Shown here in pieces: positions 16,155 to 28,139 of a stretch of DNA of 64,000 nucleotides. Within the stretch, counting starts at the first letter, position 1; the number at the start of each line of letters is the position of its first letter. The stretch is taken from assembly GCA_965240325.2 (NCBI GenBank), contig OZ251223.1:3906001-3970000 (forward strand). Direction: 5' to 3'. The notes beneath the pieces were generated by a model. The model had not been told where the DNA came from. It did no database searches and saw nothing but the letters and a program-made list of their open reading frames with translations. The translations under genes and the position numbers were made by a program. The DNA is from Rebecca billardiae RCC1528. Lineage: Eukaryota; Protista; Haptophyta.

Positions 16155-18218
16155 TCACCGCGAGGCACCCGCCGTCGTTTTGCTACTCGGCTCCTGCCGT
16201 GGCGTGCACGCCGCGACGGGCACCGCGCCAGCGTCGCGCACATCACCGTCCACAGACACCGCGCCCTCGGCGGGCGCCGGCAGCAGCGCGAAGGCAGACG
16301 GCCAAGCCATCAGCCGCCAGCGCGAAGCCGAGTCCTTGCGGTGCTCCGCGAGCAGCTCGGCGATCTCCGGCTCGGCGATGGTCTCCTTCTCCAGCAGCAC
16401 GTCGCGCATGCTCAGCACCAGCTTCCAGTCGGCCTTGAGCAGCGCACGGCAGCGCGCGTGGCTCTTGGCGATCAGCCGCTCGACGTACTTGGAGACACGC
16501 TTGCCCACGGCCTCGGGCACGTGCGCACCGTGTCCCGGGTCGGAGCGCCCGCTTACGGAGAGGCCGAACTCGTCCTCCGCCATGCCGTAGCGCGTGACCA
16601 TCGCGAGCGCGAGCTCCTGCGCGCGCCGCAGGTCATCGGACGCGCCCACCGTCACGCGCTCCCTGCCGAGCGCGAGCTCCTCAGCCACGCGCCCGCCGAG
16701 CAGCACCTGCAGCTCCTTGAGCAGGCGCTCACGCGTGGGCAGTCCACCCTCCTCGTCGGCGGCCGCGTTGGAGAACGCGGTGAACCCGCCCACGCCGTTC
16801 GAGCGCGGCAGGATCGTCACCTTGGACACGTTGTCGTACTCGCTCAGCAGCGCGGCGCACGCGTGGCCCGCCTCGTGCACCGCCACGCACTCGCGCACCT
16901 TGGCCGCGGCGTGGCTCGGGCGGCGCAGCCCGATCTGCAGCTTGTCCAGCGCAAAGTCGACCTCGGTGCTCGAGATCACCGTCGCGTTCGAGCACGCCGT
17001 CGCGATCGCCGCCTCGTTGAGCAGCGTGGCGAGCTCGGCGCCGGAGAAGCCGGAGGTGCGGCGCGCGATCGAGCCGAGGTCCACCTCCTTGCCGAGGTGC
17101 TTGCCCTTGGCGTGCACCTTCGGGGGCAGGGCGGGCGCGGGGCGCGGGGCGGCGTCAGGGCGGCTGGGAGGTGCGGAGGCGAGCAAGCCGGCCACGCAGG
17201 CGCGCCGACGCACGGGCGACCGCGCCTCGCGCTCGGAGATGCACGCAGTCCGGCGCGCGCGCGGGCGAGAGCCGCGCGGCCGGGGCGCGCGCGCGGCGCT
17301 CGGCCACACCTTGAGGATCTCAGTGCGCTCGTCGATGTTGGGCAGCTGGATGGGGACGCGGCGGTCGAAGCGGCCCGCGCGCAGGAGCGCGGGGTCCAGC
17401 ACATCCGCGCGGTTCGTCGCGGCCATCACCACCACCCCCGTCTCCCCGCTGAAGCCGTCCATCTCCGTGAGCAGCTGGTTGAGCGTGCGCGCCGACTCCT
17501 GCGAGCCGCCCGAGTTGGACGCGTCGCGCCGCCCGCCGAGGGCGTCGATCTCGTCGATGAAGACGATGCACGGCCGCTTGCGCCGCGCCTCTGCAAAGAG
17601 CGCGCGCACCTTGCTCGCGCCCACGCCCACGTAGATTGTCGAGCCGAGCGCCGAGCCCGACGTGTCGATGAAGGAGACGCCTGCCTCGCCTGCGACCGCT
17701 CGTGCGAGCATCGTCTTGCCAACGCCTGGAGCGCCCTCCATGATGACGCCCTTGGGCACGCGCGCGCCTGCCAGGCGGAATTTCTTCGGGTGCTTGAGGA
17801 ACTCAACCACCTCTTGCAGCTCGCGCTTCGCCTCATTGCAGCCCGCGACATCGGCAAACGTCGTCCGCCGGGCGAGTGCGCTGCGCGAGCGCCGCGACGT
17901 GCGCGCGCTGACGAACCGTGCGACGCGGGGCCAGACGATCGAGAAGAGGATCACGTTGAGCAGGTTGGCACACACGCGCTCGAGCTCGCGGTTCTTGTGC
18001 CGCAGCTCGAGGAGCTTGCGGTGCTGGATCTGCAGCGCCGTCTCGTATGTGTTGAGCCGCTCGCGCGCCGTGCGCTCCAGCTCGGACAGCTCCTTCTTCG
18101 TGGGGGTCGGCTTGTTGTTGTTCCGCCAGCCAAGTGGGAACCCGCCACGGGCCGGGTGCACGAGCACGCCCACCGCGCACACGGCGAACAACGCCCAGGA
18201 CGCTCGCGCGCGCGCCAT
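16155..18218 (-). CDS. ftsH: FtsH-family AAA+ zinc metalloprotease (peptidase M41)
   Basis: Walker A GAPGVGKT, Walker B IVFIDEID, SRH ATNRADVLDPALLRAGRFDR, HEAGH zinc motif. N-terminal signal-like peptide and one TM segment. In-frame intron 17118-17309. The 3' end may include a further intron. Confidence 0.95.
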   Translation of the reverse strand: MARARASWALFAVCAVGVLVHPARGGFPLGWRNNNKPTPTKKELSELERTARERLNTYETALQIQHRKLLELRHKNRELERVCANLLNVILFSIVWPRVARFVSARTSRRSRSALARRTTFADVAGCNEAKRELQEVVEFLKHPKKFRLAGARVPKGVIMEGAPGVGKTMLARAVAGEAGVSFIDTSGSALGSTIYVGVGASKVRALFAEARRKRPCIVFIDEIDALGGRRDASNSGGSQESARTLNQLLTEMDGFSGETGVVVMAATNRADVLDPALLRAGRFDRRVPIQLPNIDERTEILKVWPSAARAPRPRGSRPRARRTACISEREARSPVRRRACVAGLLASAPPSRPDAAPRPAPALPPKVHAKGKHLGKEVDLGSIARRTSGFSGAELATLLNEAAIATACSNATVISSTEVDFALDKLQIGLRRPSHAAAKVRECVAVHEAGHACAALLSEYDNVSKVTILPRSNGVGGFTAFSNAAADEEGGLPTRERLLKELQVLLGGRVAEELALGRERVTVGASDDLRRAQELALAMVTRYGMAEDEFGLSVSGRSDPGHGAHVPEAVGKRVSKYVERLIAKSHARCRALLKADWKLVLSMRDVLLEKETIAEPEIAELLAEHRKDSASRWRLMAWPSAFALLPAPAEGAVSVDGDVRDAGAVPVAACTPRQEPSSKTTAGASR

Positions 18219-18501
18219 CACGCGGGGCGCGAAGATGAGCGGACGGGACGCTCGCCAGAGATTCGTGACGCTTCCTCACGAGACCCAGAGAAGCGGCAGC
18301 TTGTCCAGCCAAGGCCTGGCAGGCTGGCACATGCGCACGCCCCCCCCCCCGCCCTTGCCGCATTTGCTGCCCAGCGCAACCCCCCGTCAAGGGCCGTACC
18401 CCCGTTCGGGAATGAATCCTGTGATGCAGCCGGCCAAGGTCCGGAGCCAGCTCTCCACCTCGGTTCGTCACTGTCTTCACCGGTTGCGCGCGTGCAGCGT
18501 G

Positions 18502-19722
18502 ATGGCGGGCAGACGTTGGATCGTCGGGCTGTTGGTCGCCCTTCGCGCGCTGGACAGCGGCTCGCGAGCGGCGGCAGCTGTGGCGCCAACTGTGCACTGG
18601 GCGCCAAACGTGACCGCACTGCGCCCCGAATGTGCGCGCCGCTTCGGCTGGCGCGCGCCCCGCATGCCCGCCGTGCTCTGGCTGAACTATGCGAACGGCA
18701 CGCTGTGTGCCGTCGGCTTCGCGTTTGAGGACCGGTGCCAGCTCACCGCGGTGATGCTCCAGCTCGCCCTGCGCGAGGCAGTGCGTGTGGGGATCTCGAT
18801 CCCGCCCTTTGAGCGGCTCACGCTCGACGTCAACGACAAGGGCTGCGACGCCGACCTCGCGTACGCAGTGAGTGACACGAGGTGCCGCGCACGCTTGATT
18901 CCGGACTACACCTTCATCCACTGGCGGCAGGTAGGCGTGCCCAGCTTCACGGCGACGGCACGCGACTTTGCGCGCGCGGGCGCCACGCCCGCCCACAGGC
19001 GCAAGTGCGGCTGGGCCGGCGGATTCACGCACCGCTCGCGCAAGTTGTATGTGCAGATGGCTCGCAGGAACGGCTCACAGCTGGACGCGGTCAGCCTCTC
19101 CTGCTCGCAGTCACTGCGCGACCTGACCAAGTGCCGCCAGCGCGGGCTGAGCCAGTTGGAGCAGATCGCGCGATGGGAGTGCCTCGTCGACCTCCCCGGC
19201 TTCGGCTACTCCGGCCGCGTGCCCCTGCTGCTGCACTCGGGGCGGCCATTGCTCTATGTGCAGAGGAATGTCGAGGTTTGGTATGAGGACAGGCGCGAGG
19301 CAGGGGCGCTCGCGCCGTGGGAGCACTATGTGCCCGTGGGCGGGCGGCTGAAGGACCTGCGCGCACGTGCGCGCTGGGTCCTGGAGGAGAACACCACCGC
19401 TGCCGCACAGATCGGCGCGCGCGCCCAGGCCTTCAGCCGAAGCACGCTTACGCTGCGCGTCGCTGTCCGATATCTCATGCTGCAGCTGCTGGCGACGGCG
19501 GGGGCGCCCGGGTTGCCGGCGCGCAAGGGTCGATTCATCGAGTACGCGGTGCGCGGCGCGGTGGAGGAGGAGGACGAGATCGCGCACGCAGCGCGTGCGC
19601 AGCATCAGGAGCTGCAGAAGCACTGGCCCGCCGCATTTGGCCTACTCCGAGACGGGTCAGACCCCCCATCTAGCCTGCCAAACCGCCGCCCCGTTGAACT
19701 CTTGAACTTCTTGAAGAAGTAG
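18502..19722 (+). CDS. Glycosyltransferase family 90 (CAP10/POGLUT-like)
   Basis: IPDYTF.HW, VDLPGFGYSGRVPLLLHSGRPL, LAPWEHYVPV; hydrophobic N-terminus. Confidence 0.85.
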   Translation: MAGRRWIVGLLVALRALDSGSRAAAAVAPTVHWAPNVTALRPECARRFGWRAPRMPAVLWLNYANGTLCAVGFAFEDRCQLTAVMLQLALREAVRVGISIPPFERLTLDVNDKGCDADLAYAVSDTRCRARLIPDYTFIHWRQVGVPSFTATARDFARAGATPAHRRKCGWAGGFTHRSRKLYVQMARRNGSQLDAVSLSCSQSLRDLTKCRQRGLSQLEQIARWECLVDLPGFGYSGRVPLLLHSGRPLLYVQRNVEVWYEDRREAGALAPWEHYVPVGGRLKDLRARARWVLEENTTAAAQIGARAQAFSRSTLTLRVAVRYLMLQLLATAGAPGLPARKGRFIEYAVRGAVEEEDEIAHAARAQHQELQKHWPAAFGLLRDGSDPPSSLPNRRPVELLNFLKK

Positions 19723-19733
19723 AATAACGTCGA

Positions 19734-19736
<3 letters not shown>

Positions 19737-19795
<59 letters not shown>

Positions 19796-19818
19796 GTACT
19801 AGAGAGAGAGAGAGAGAG
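19737..19818. repeat. (GA)n microsatellite
   Basis: Direct reading. Confidence 0.95.
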
Positions 19819-20001
19819 TCAAGTCTCAAGGACAAGAGAGAATTCTGTCGTCTATACTTATATATTCATTGCTACTCGTACGCAGAATAATACGCCACGA
19901 AATAAGACGAGAACCTACCGCCTACGCCGCCGACTCATCTGCCGTCTACTCATGAATATAACTACGTCATCAGACGACGCTACAACAGACTATTACTATT
20001 A

Positions 20002-21442
20002 TGACCGCGTTCCGCGGTCCTTTTCCGTAGAACAAACGTACTACGTAGCAGTTCGGGGCCCGCGGTGGCGGTGCACCCTCCGTCGCAGTCGTCTAAATAT
20101 TGCTGACGACCAGTTGCATGCCCGTACAACTGCTATGGACTCCAGCGGCGCGCCGCCGCCCGCCGCGCGGCCGGGCGGGCCCATCGCAGCCGCCGGCGCG
20201 GCGCCGATTGTGTACAGGCGGATGCGACGAGGCGTGATCGACGCATGAGCGCGACTCCACGTGCAAGCCAGGCCACGCGGAGCTGACTGACTGACAGCCA
20301 GGGAGCACGGTGCGGGGCCGCGGATTCGTTCCGGGGCCGCTCAGTGCGGGCCGCTGCTGCTGACCGCTGTCGTCACCGCACGCCGGCAGCGCCAGGATAG
20401 ATGATTTGCCACTGGTCCGAGTAGGGTTCGACCAGCGCCTGCGCGACGGCCGACAGGCGGCGGCGCGAGGCGTGATCGATGCATGAGCGCAACTCTACGT
20501 GCACGCCAGGCCACGCGGTGCTGACAGCCCGAGGGAGCACGGTCCCGAGGTGCGAGGGCACCAGGCATGGCAAGGGCGGCGCGTGGTGAAGTCGGAGACT
20601 CAGAGATCGATCAGTCCGGCATCAGGCGCCGGCTGGCGCCGCTGCCCCCGAGCTTGCGAGAGCCCGGATACAGGGCGGCTGCCGCGGCGCAGGCGCCGGC
20701 CCGACGCGCGGCGGCCGCGCAGGCAGTCGACACGGGGCGGCGGGGGCGCGCGGAGTGAGCGGGGCACGAACGCGATGTCGCCCGTCAGTCGGGACCCGCC
20801 GCCGAGCCGCGCGCACCAGGCGCCACTCCGCACTCGCCGCGCGTACCTCCCATCGCCGTCCTCACCCCGGTCCCTCGCGAGTGCGACGAGTCGGTCGCTC
20901 GTGGCTCGCCCCCTCGTCTTGCCTCGCGCAACTGAAGAACTGGCCTGGCGTACAAAACGCGGCGGGGACACGCCGCGCGCGCGCGCGCCCTCCGGCTCCG
21001 ACTATAAACGGATAGCTGTGGCGGGTATTTTTCAATCATCAATGTCTCGCACTATTGGAGTTGGTTGGACTATTATGTCGACGGTCGTTCTTGGCATCTT
21101 GCGGCGGGGCGCCGGCGGCGAGGCCATATTATTTACTACGGTCGCACTACATGAACGAGAGTCCAGCACCCACAATTACCCGCCACTCTCGGACACTTGG
21201 GCGTGGGTTTCGTTGATTCCTCTGTTCACTATTCAAGCAGACGGCGGACGCGCCCTTTTTCGACCTAATCCATGTGATGTAAGGTGGTCTCAAAAAATCG
21301 AAACTCGGTCTCCTCCACTCTGGAAAACACCGCCCCGTCCCCTTTTCTTTGATGATCAAAGATCTTTATTTTGAAACGTTAACGTGGTTAGTGCCCGCGT
21401 CACGGGCTCCCCGCTGCGCGTTCCGCCCTGCACCGCGGGCCA
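20002..21442 (-). mobile_element. Family H1 copy D (Helitron2/Helentron-like)
   Basis: Hairpin 20003-20019; GGCCCGCGGTG 20057-20067; 5' end CACCGCGGGCCA 21431-21442. The interior is related to copy E. Confidence 0.8.
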
Positions 21443-21599
21443 TAAAGCTCCCGGAGTGCAATATAATGATGACGCGCGATTGTTTTCAACTGCTGCTACT
21501 ATATATTTGTGAGCAGTGCGTCACGACGACACAGCTGTGTTGCCAAAGGAGCAATGGCTGCTGACAAGCTGCAGGTCGTCATCCAGCGTCGCCCATCCG

Positions 21600-22120
21600 C
21601 CCGTGACCCACTGCGGAGCGGATGCGACGCGCGTCGCCGCCTCGGACGAGTGACGGCGCGCAGCGCGGGCGGGGCCAGCGCGACGGGCAACAGGTCAGTC
21701 ACGCCGGTCAAGTCGTCGATATTTCCGAGCGCGTCCCCCTCCCCGCGCGTGTGCACGATCCATCCACCGTCCATGCATGCGCTCATCCTCATGACGCAGC
21801 GACTGGCATAATCGTTGCCACACGCGACGACATGCCCATGCGTTCCCGCTGGGGAGAGAACGCATTCGCGTAACATGAGCTCACCTATTCACGAGCTAGC
21901 GCTGCGTGCGCGGAGTGTGACCGGTGACCGGCAGCGTGCGCGTGTGCCCACGAATGCGCGCGCGCGCGCTCAGCACGTATTCCACGGGTGAGCAGCCGCC
22001 GGGCGCGCCGTGTAACAGACGCGAGACGGCGTGGACTGCGACGAGCGCGTGAAGCGATAGATGCATCACAATCCGCTCGGCAACCTCGACGGGCAGGTCG
22101 GTGAGGCGCACAACCACCAT
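21600..22120 (-). pseudogene. F-box-like gene, apparently broken or truncated (possibly F-box + RCC1-type)
   Basis: MVVVRLTDLPVEVAERIVMHLSLHALVAVHAVSRLL fits the F-box pattern. Stop at 21896; a downstream fragment reads HGHVVACGND. An unrecognised intron is not excluded. Confidence 0.5.
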
Positions 22121-22266
22121 TTGATCCCTCCCCCGGCCGTCCGGCCGGCCGCGCCATCGTCACCGTGCGACCCTCTCTGTAACTCAGGAACCAACCTCTG
22201 ACCTTGCTCTGACTCACTGTCTGACCTCTCGCCGCTGCGCCGCGCCACAAGGGCGTTCATCACACG

Positions 22267-23529
22267 ATGCCGGCCGGTACGAGTAGCACGGGCGAGCGCC
22301 GCGCCTTCCTCCTCTCCTTGGCTTTGCTCGGGTACTACGAGAAGCAGCAGTCCTGCGCCTCTGTTTATGTCGCGTGCGCGATGGGCGTCTGGGTGGAGCG
22401 CGCGTCGGAATTGGTGTCGATCGTCACCAAGGCGCAGGGCCGACGCGGCGCAGTTGATCTGCTCACCAACTGCCTCCCGGAGGGCACGAAAGTCGCCCCG
22501 AACGGCGTCGTGATCAGGACTCATCCCAAGCGCGACCCTGCGCTTGTCGAGGCTGTGGCGCATGCGCCAATAGAGTACGTACAGCCCTTTGCACGCGTGC
22601 ACTCGCGATGCCTGTACAAATGGGCGGCGATGAACATGCTGGACGCGGAGTTTGTGTGCTACGTGGACATGGACATGCTCCCGCTGACGCCCAAGCTGGC
22701 GCAGTTGCCACGGTTCGTCGCGGGGGAGTGGAGCCTTCTGATGGCGCAGATGCGTGCGCGCGGTCTCCGCTTGGTGTCAGAGCCGGATAGCAGCTCGCCG
22801 CTCAACGGCGGCTGGCTCCTGTTCCGGCCCGACCGCCGGCTGTACGAGGAGGGCATACGCGTGCTGGAGGTGGCCAATGCCAACTTTAACACGACACACG
22901 GCTGGGAGCTGAGGGGGCGCCCGCGGGACGTGATCCCGAAGGCAGATGATGCCTGGCGGGCCAAGCCCAAAACGAGCCAATGGTGGTTGCTGCACCGCAA
23001 CAACGACTGGAAGTTTTTTGCCGCCCCGCTCGACCAGGGCTTCTTCTTCTACATGATGCGCGTCAAGTTCGCGCTTGGCGCAGACCTCCCTCTGCAGCGG
23101 CCGCCCGGGTACACGCCTCGGGCGCGCTGGTGCCTCCCGCACTGCGCGTCGAAGCCGTATGGGCCGTTCACCTGCCGGGGTCTGGAGCGCTGGCTGAAGT
23201 GGGATCTGGCGAAGAGATGGCCGCGCGAGATGAAGGCAGCTGGGAAGCGCTACGTCTACTTTCGAGACGGGGTGGAAACCCTCCGGGCCATGGCGCACAC
23301 AGGCGAGACGGTTCTACCTGCTTCGCAGGTCGCGCGTTGTACGAAGCACTGGAACGAGCTGCTCGCGTGCATTCATCGACTCGCTCAAAGCTTGGACGTG
23401 TTGACCTCGGTGAATTCCTCTGCGTGGGAGACGACCCGCGCGACGCCGATCGACGTCGCCTTCACCCACCGCAAGTGCCACCCCGAGGTGCCAGCAGAGG
23501 GTGCGTCCCTCTTTTTTGGCATCAGCTAG
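22267..23529 (+). CDS. GT8/glycogenin-like nucleotide-diphospho-sugar transferase
   Basis: LYKWAA...VCYVDMDML (DxD), LNGGWLLFRP, DQGFF motifs. Confidence 0.8.
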   Translation: MPAGTSSTGERRAFLLSLALLGYYEKQQSCASVYVACAMGVWVERASELVSIVTKAQGRRGAVDLLTNCLPEGTKVAPNGVVIRTHPKRDPALVEAVAHAPIEYVQPFARVHSRCLYKWAAMNMLDAEFVCYVDMDMLPLTPKLAQLPRFVAGEWSLLMAQMRARGLRLVSEPDSSSPLNGGWLLFRPDRRLYEEGIRVLEVANANFNTTHGWELRGRPRDVIPKADDAWRAKPKTSQWWLLHRNNDWKFFAAPLDQGFFFYMMRVKFALGADLPLQRPPGYTPRARWCLPHCASKPYGPFTCRGLERWLKWDLAKRWPREMKAAGKRYVYFRDGVETLRAMAHTGETVLPASQVARCTKHWNELLACIHRLAQSLDVLTSVNSSAWETTRATPIDVAFTHRKCHPEVPAEGASLFFGIS

Positions 23530-23823
23530 AGCTGTCGCCTCGCCCCCGCCCCCGCTCGCCACCTTCCACTCGACTGCAGACACTGTCAGCGGCCGGCTGA
23601 AAATTCACGTCGTCCGGTACCGCAGCTACTGTTAGCTGGTCGTGTCGTGGGGAACCAGCGACTCGGGCCGCGGCGCCGCCGGGCCGGCGACTAGCGCGCT
23701 ACATCAGTCATCGTCCCTTTTCTCAGTCTCAGACGTTCGGCGTCATCATATCTCTCTCGTCTCTCTCAATAGGTATATACTTACTCTGCGGCGGGCGGTT
23801 CATCGGCGGTCAATAAATATTAA

Positions 23824-25914
23824 CACAGTAAAGAAATCGATTTTCGGCGTTACCGTAACCCGTCCGCAGAGGCTTCGGCCGCCAGTCTGATCACCCGGAG
23901 CCCGTTATAAAGGGGAATTTAAAACTTCCGCCCAGTGGGGATGCGCTGGAATTTTTTTCATGCCCCGTTCGCGGCACTTCGCGCCGCGCACAGTGGAGAA
24001 AGATCGGGCCGGAAGCCGTTTGAGCATGGTCGGTCGTGCGCACGCCCATTCGAATCGATGGCGCGCTCCGAGCGGCGGGCATGCGCGCATGTGTGCCGCG
24101 AGGGGGGCTGCGAGGCGTCGGCCGGCTTGCCAAGGCGGTTCCCCGGGGCGGCGTCACCCTCGCCCGCCCCTCCTCGCCCACCCTCGCCCCACGGGCGGCC
24201 ACACGTGAGCTGTTAAGATGAGTTCACGGGGGCCGCGCGGCACGCGCGCGGAGAGGCGAGGAAGGGGTGTTTCGCGGAAAAACGTTCTATAGCATTGTGC
24301 CCAACCCATGTGGGCACCCGCTCCACAAGTTTGCGCGCCTTCAAACCGCACACAGCGGCCTGAGGAGCTCCCAGACTGAGTTTCGCTCTTGAAGCCTGGT
24401 TTTGGGCCAGATCTTGGTGTGGATGTAGCGCGGCGAGGAGGCGCCGGGCGCGCGCCCGAGCTGCGTGCTGGCACTCGCCATGACCCATAGGCATCGTCCG
24501 TCGCGAACGACCCGGCTCGCCTCGACCTCTCCGACCCGCCGGGCAGCCACGACCGAGCACGGCACGACAATGGCCAAACCGGGAGGCTTCTCAGACCGCA
24601 TGGGATGGGCATAGGCGCGAGAGAGGGCGCCCAGCGCGCTCTTGAGATGCACAGGAGCACGCACTGATGCGTATGGAACCATCCCATCACGATCGCCCCG
24701 ACCTGGCGCGCCTTATCTGGCCCGTCAGGCTGCCCGCGCCGCCGCCGCCGCGCCATGCCGCCGCCGCGGGCGCCGCCGCACCGCGGGCACATGGGTAAGT
24801 CCGTATTCAACAAATACAGAATTTCCGGTGCGGCCCTCTTTTGGGCGGCAAGGTCGGTCTGGTCGACACCTGCCGCGCGGCATGGGCCACGGCGCGGCGA
24901 GGTGGCGGCTGGCGCACCGCGGCGTGGGCGGGATGGCTCGAGGACACCACCGCCCCGCCTCCCACGCCGCGCCGTGCGCGTGCGCCGTGCTCTCGTCGCG
25001 TACCGATTTTCCTGCGGCGAGCGACGTCCAACAGCGCGACCATGCCATCGCGCGACGAGGTGCGTTCAGCTCGGCGATTTGTCGTATTTGTTGAATACAT
25101 GCGGGTACGAATCGGCCGCAAGATGGCCTCGACGTACACGTCGAGAGCCACGCGCGCGGTGTGGAGTGGCACGCGACGCGGAGAGGGCGGGTGCGGTGCC
25201 GCGGGCGCGCGACTGGTCTAGAACATCCCAATGAAGCGTGGGACGGCGCTGCGCGCCTGTGCTCGCCGCCGTCTCCTCGCAGTCGAAAATATCTGTGCAC
25301 CCTTCTGTCTGGCTAGTCGACCGGCCGGCACGCGGCACGCGAGCAGTGTGTGTGGGGAGGAGTGTGACATGGCAGGCTGTGGCGAGGTGGATGGTCGTGC
25401 AGGTCTACGCTAGGAAGGGCCGCTCCCGCGCTCGCGCGGTGCCTCGCGCACGCATCGTCGAGGACGAGCGTGTTTGAATGGCTCCGGAGAAGGCTTACGA
25501 TCGCTCGTTGATGGGCAGCGCGCGACACGTGCACACGACGAAGGTGACGACCAGGCACTCCGGCGAGGGCGGCTGTGCTGGTAGCAGACTGCATTCGGAG
25601 TAAGATGCGCCATCTTACGCGCCGCTTCGCCTCGCTGCATCGCCGCACTGAGCAGCAGGGCTCCACGCTCACGAATGGCTCACCACGAGCTACGTGACCG
25701 GCCAGCCGCGTGCAACCCGGCGAGGCAGAGAGGGGCGGAGGGATGGGGAGGCTGGGTGGGATGTTGCAGTCCCATGCCCGGGGCACTCGCCAGGCGCCTG
25801 CGCGACCACCGTAGCGCCGTCTGTGCGCTCGTGCGGCCCGCGCGAGAAATTCCCCGAAAATCGGCTCGTGTCGGACGGGTTACGGTAACGATAATCCCGT
25901 TTTTGTTCACTGTG
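23824..25914 (-). mobile_element. CACAGT-ended non-autonomous TIR element, copy 2
   Basis: Reverse complement of 5027-7070; flanks AA/AA; extra ~55-bp insert near 23870-23924. Confidence 0.85.
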
Positions 25915-26000
25915 AAATTCAGCGCGGTCAGTCGTCAGAGTACGGTACTATATAGCTATAGTCGCGCGCATATCAGCTGCTACTATAGTTATTCATATCA

Positions 26001-27155
26001 TCACATACTGTCGCTGACACTTTCCGGCGGTGAGTTCCGCCGGCGGACATCGCCATGGTCCGCTGAGCCCACTGCCAGCTGGTGCAGGTAGTCGGCAATA
26101 CTCTGCCTGATGAGCGGATCCGCGAGGCCCGACCCCTTGTACCCTGCCATCTCCTTGCTGAGCGCGCGCACACGCGCCTCCAGTGCAGCGGCGGCTGCCG
26201 GGCAGCTTGCCAGCGCTGGGAGCGGGTCGGTGAGCGTGCGAATGGTGAACAGCACGTACCTCGAGCACTGCGGCAGCCGGCGCACCGTCTGATACTCCGT
26301 GCGCAGCCAGAGCGAGCTCGGCTCGCGCGCAGCGCGGTCCTCCTCAGCGTCGCCCGCCTCGGCGAACAGCCCACCTTTGAGCCCAGGCTTGTCAATCGAC
26401 GGATGTAACAGACTGCCATCTCGGCGCAGCTCCCAGTTGGCGCGCGAGAACCCCGAGCTCGCGCTCAGCTTGCCCGATGGGCCGAGTACTGCGTCGACAG
26501 GACGCTGAAGCGACGTGGCGTAGTGCGGCACGGGGGCGTGGATCGCGCCGAGTGAGCGTCCCACCTTCTGCTCGAGGCCGCCAAACGAGAAGTGCACAAC
26601 TGCCGCGGCCATCACGAGGCCTCCGCGGCCGGCATCGCCACCGGCGACGCCCATCTGCCCCTCGGCCGCAGCGTCGGCATCCCGTAGTAGCACGAGGTCC
26701 TCGTCGACCGCGAGTGCGGCGTCGAGCAGCCGGCCGCCCATCGCAGGCGGCAGTGCAAGATGCGCGTGCTCCGGGAAGGCCTCGGGAAGATGCGCTGCCA
26801 GCATGGCGCACACCTCCGCCTCCGCGGCGAGCGTGTCCTGGCAGCCGTCGCTCACGCTCACGGTGGAGGCGGTGGAGCGCGCGAGCACCTGCCGCTTGAG
26901 CTCGAGCGTCGCCGGTGTGGGTGGGTCGATGATCCACTCAGCCCATGGCGGCCCCAGCTGGCTGAGACCCGGCTTCAGACGGCCATTGGGCAGGTATGGC
27001 GGCAACGGCTCGCGGGCAAGCCAACGCGCGGCCGAGGGGACGTCGCGCCCGGCGGTCGCAGGCGCGAGAAAGGCCGCCATAGCTGTGAGCGTACGGACGG
27101 ACGCGTGAGCCAGATGGCGGGTAGAAGAAGCACCAAGCTCGAGTGTTCGCGCCAT
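26001..27155 (-). CDS. DUF3445 / heme-dependent oxidative N-demethylase alpha-subunit-like protein
   Basis: DEDLVLL, KVGRSLGAIHAPVP, RANW, LRTEYQTVRRLP, LFTIRT motifs. The start may be the later Met (MAAFLAP). Confidence 0.85.
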   Translation of the reverse strand: MARTLELGASSTRHLAHASVRTLTAMAAFLAPATAGRDVPSAARWLAREPLPPYLPNGRLKPGLSQLGPPWAEWIIDPPTPATLELKRQVLARSTASTVSVSDGCQDTLAAEAEVCAMLAAHLPEAFPEHAHLALPPAMGGRLLDAALAVDEDLVLLRDADAAAEGQMGVAGGDAGRGGLVMAAAVVHFSFGGLEQKVGRSLGAIHAPVPHYATSLQRPVDAVLGPSGKLSASSGFSRANWELRRDGSLLHPSIDKPGLKGGLFAEAGDAEEDRAAREPSSLWLRTEYQTVRRLPQCSRYVLFTIRTLTDPLPALASCPAAAAALEARVRALSKEMAGYKGSGLADPLIRQSIADYLHQLAVGSADHGDVRRRNSPPESVSDSM

Positions 27156-27347
27156 GGAGCCCTGCCCGCGGAGTGCTGCGCCGCACGCCGTAGGCGCTGC
27201 TCGTATCGTACCGCGTCACCAGCAAGGTGGCCGTGCACACGCGCCCTCCGCTCGCCCTCCCAGCCCAGTGTGGCCGCGGACTCCCGGCGTGCCGGTGAGA
27301 AGCACACAGCTCCAGGCAGGCGAGATTGTAAGTACAGTTGACTACTA

Positions 27348-28129
27348 CAGGGTCTCCAACATTAAACTGGACACTTTGGGCAGCAGCTCAGCGTACGGCC
27401 TGTGGCTGCCTCGCGCGGGGTCAGGAGCGGCCAGCTCGGCTCGTGTGCACCCCACTAGGTCTGTCTGCGACCGCGCATAGCCGGGCAGCCCGCGTGGAGC
27501 ACCCCTCTGGGTCATGCGGACAGTCGGCACAAGGCTGGTCGTGAGGGCCGTGAAGCAGCCGTGTGGCTTCTGCGCATGTCTGTAGCCAGCAAGCCCGCTC
27601 AAGGCCGCGCAGATATTATTACGTGGCATGGTCGATGACTATGCGGCATGCGCTCGACAGCCCTGGGCAAGCCCGGACGTAGCGCTACACCAGGAGTATA
27701 TACGGCCCGATCGGACCAGCCTACCTGTTGCGCACCTCGCTTGCACAGCTGCTGCACAGCCCATCGATCGGCTCTGGCCGTGCAGGCAAGGGCTACAGTC
27801 GGCGCCACTACCCGCAGCGAACGCTGGAGACCCACCAGTGCGCGCACCAACCCGCCCGCCGCCAAATGCAACCGTGCGCCAGATACGAATTTTAGCAGGC
27901 ATGCCACCCGCGGGGGCTCCGTGGACCTGTTCAGAGCCAACCGCTAGTCGGTTGAGCTGTACATCCAAGCCAGCCCTGGCCACACGCTGAGCGCGCCGCT
28001 CGCTGCACCCACACCCTGTCGTCATCCGAGGAGTAAGGTCCATGGCGCTCATGTGAGCCTCTGGCCCATCTCATCGTTAGCAGCCGTAGTCAGCAAAAAT
28101 CAATGTCCGACCAATTGTTGGGGACCCTG
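27348..28129 (+). mobile_element. Tc1/mariner-type MITE (~780 bp), copy 1
   Basis: TA|CAGGGTCTCCAACA ... TGTTGGGGACCCTG|TA; second copy at 43533-46097. Confidence 0.85.
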
Positions 28130-28139
28130 TAATAATTAA

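Noticed and set aside
17118-17309. In-frame stop-free introns (FtsH 192 nt, RSP3 126 nt) as inteins or regulated retention
   Set aside because: They have canonical GT-AG ends and low-complexity translations. Other introns here are not 3n, and lack of stops is expected at this GC content.
16341-18728. Long antisense or alternate-frame ORFs (795 aa here; also 705..1997, 29981..31177, 37510..39003, 53566..54750)
   Set aside because: These are shadow ORFs expected at very high GC, opposite genes with clear motifs.
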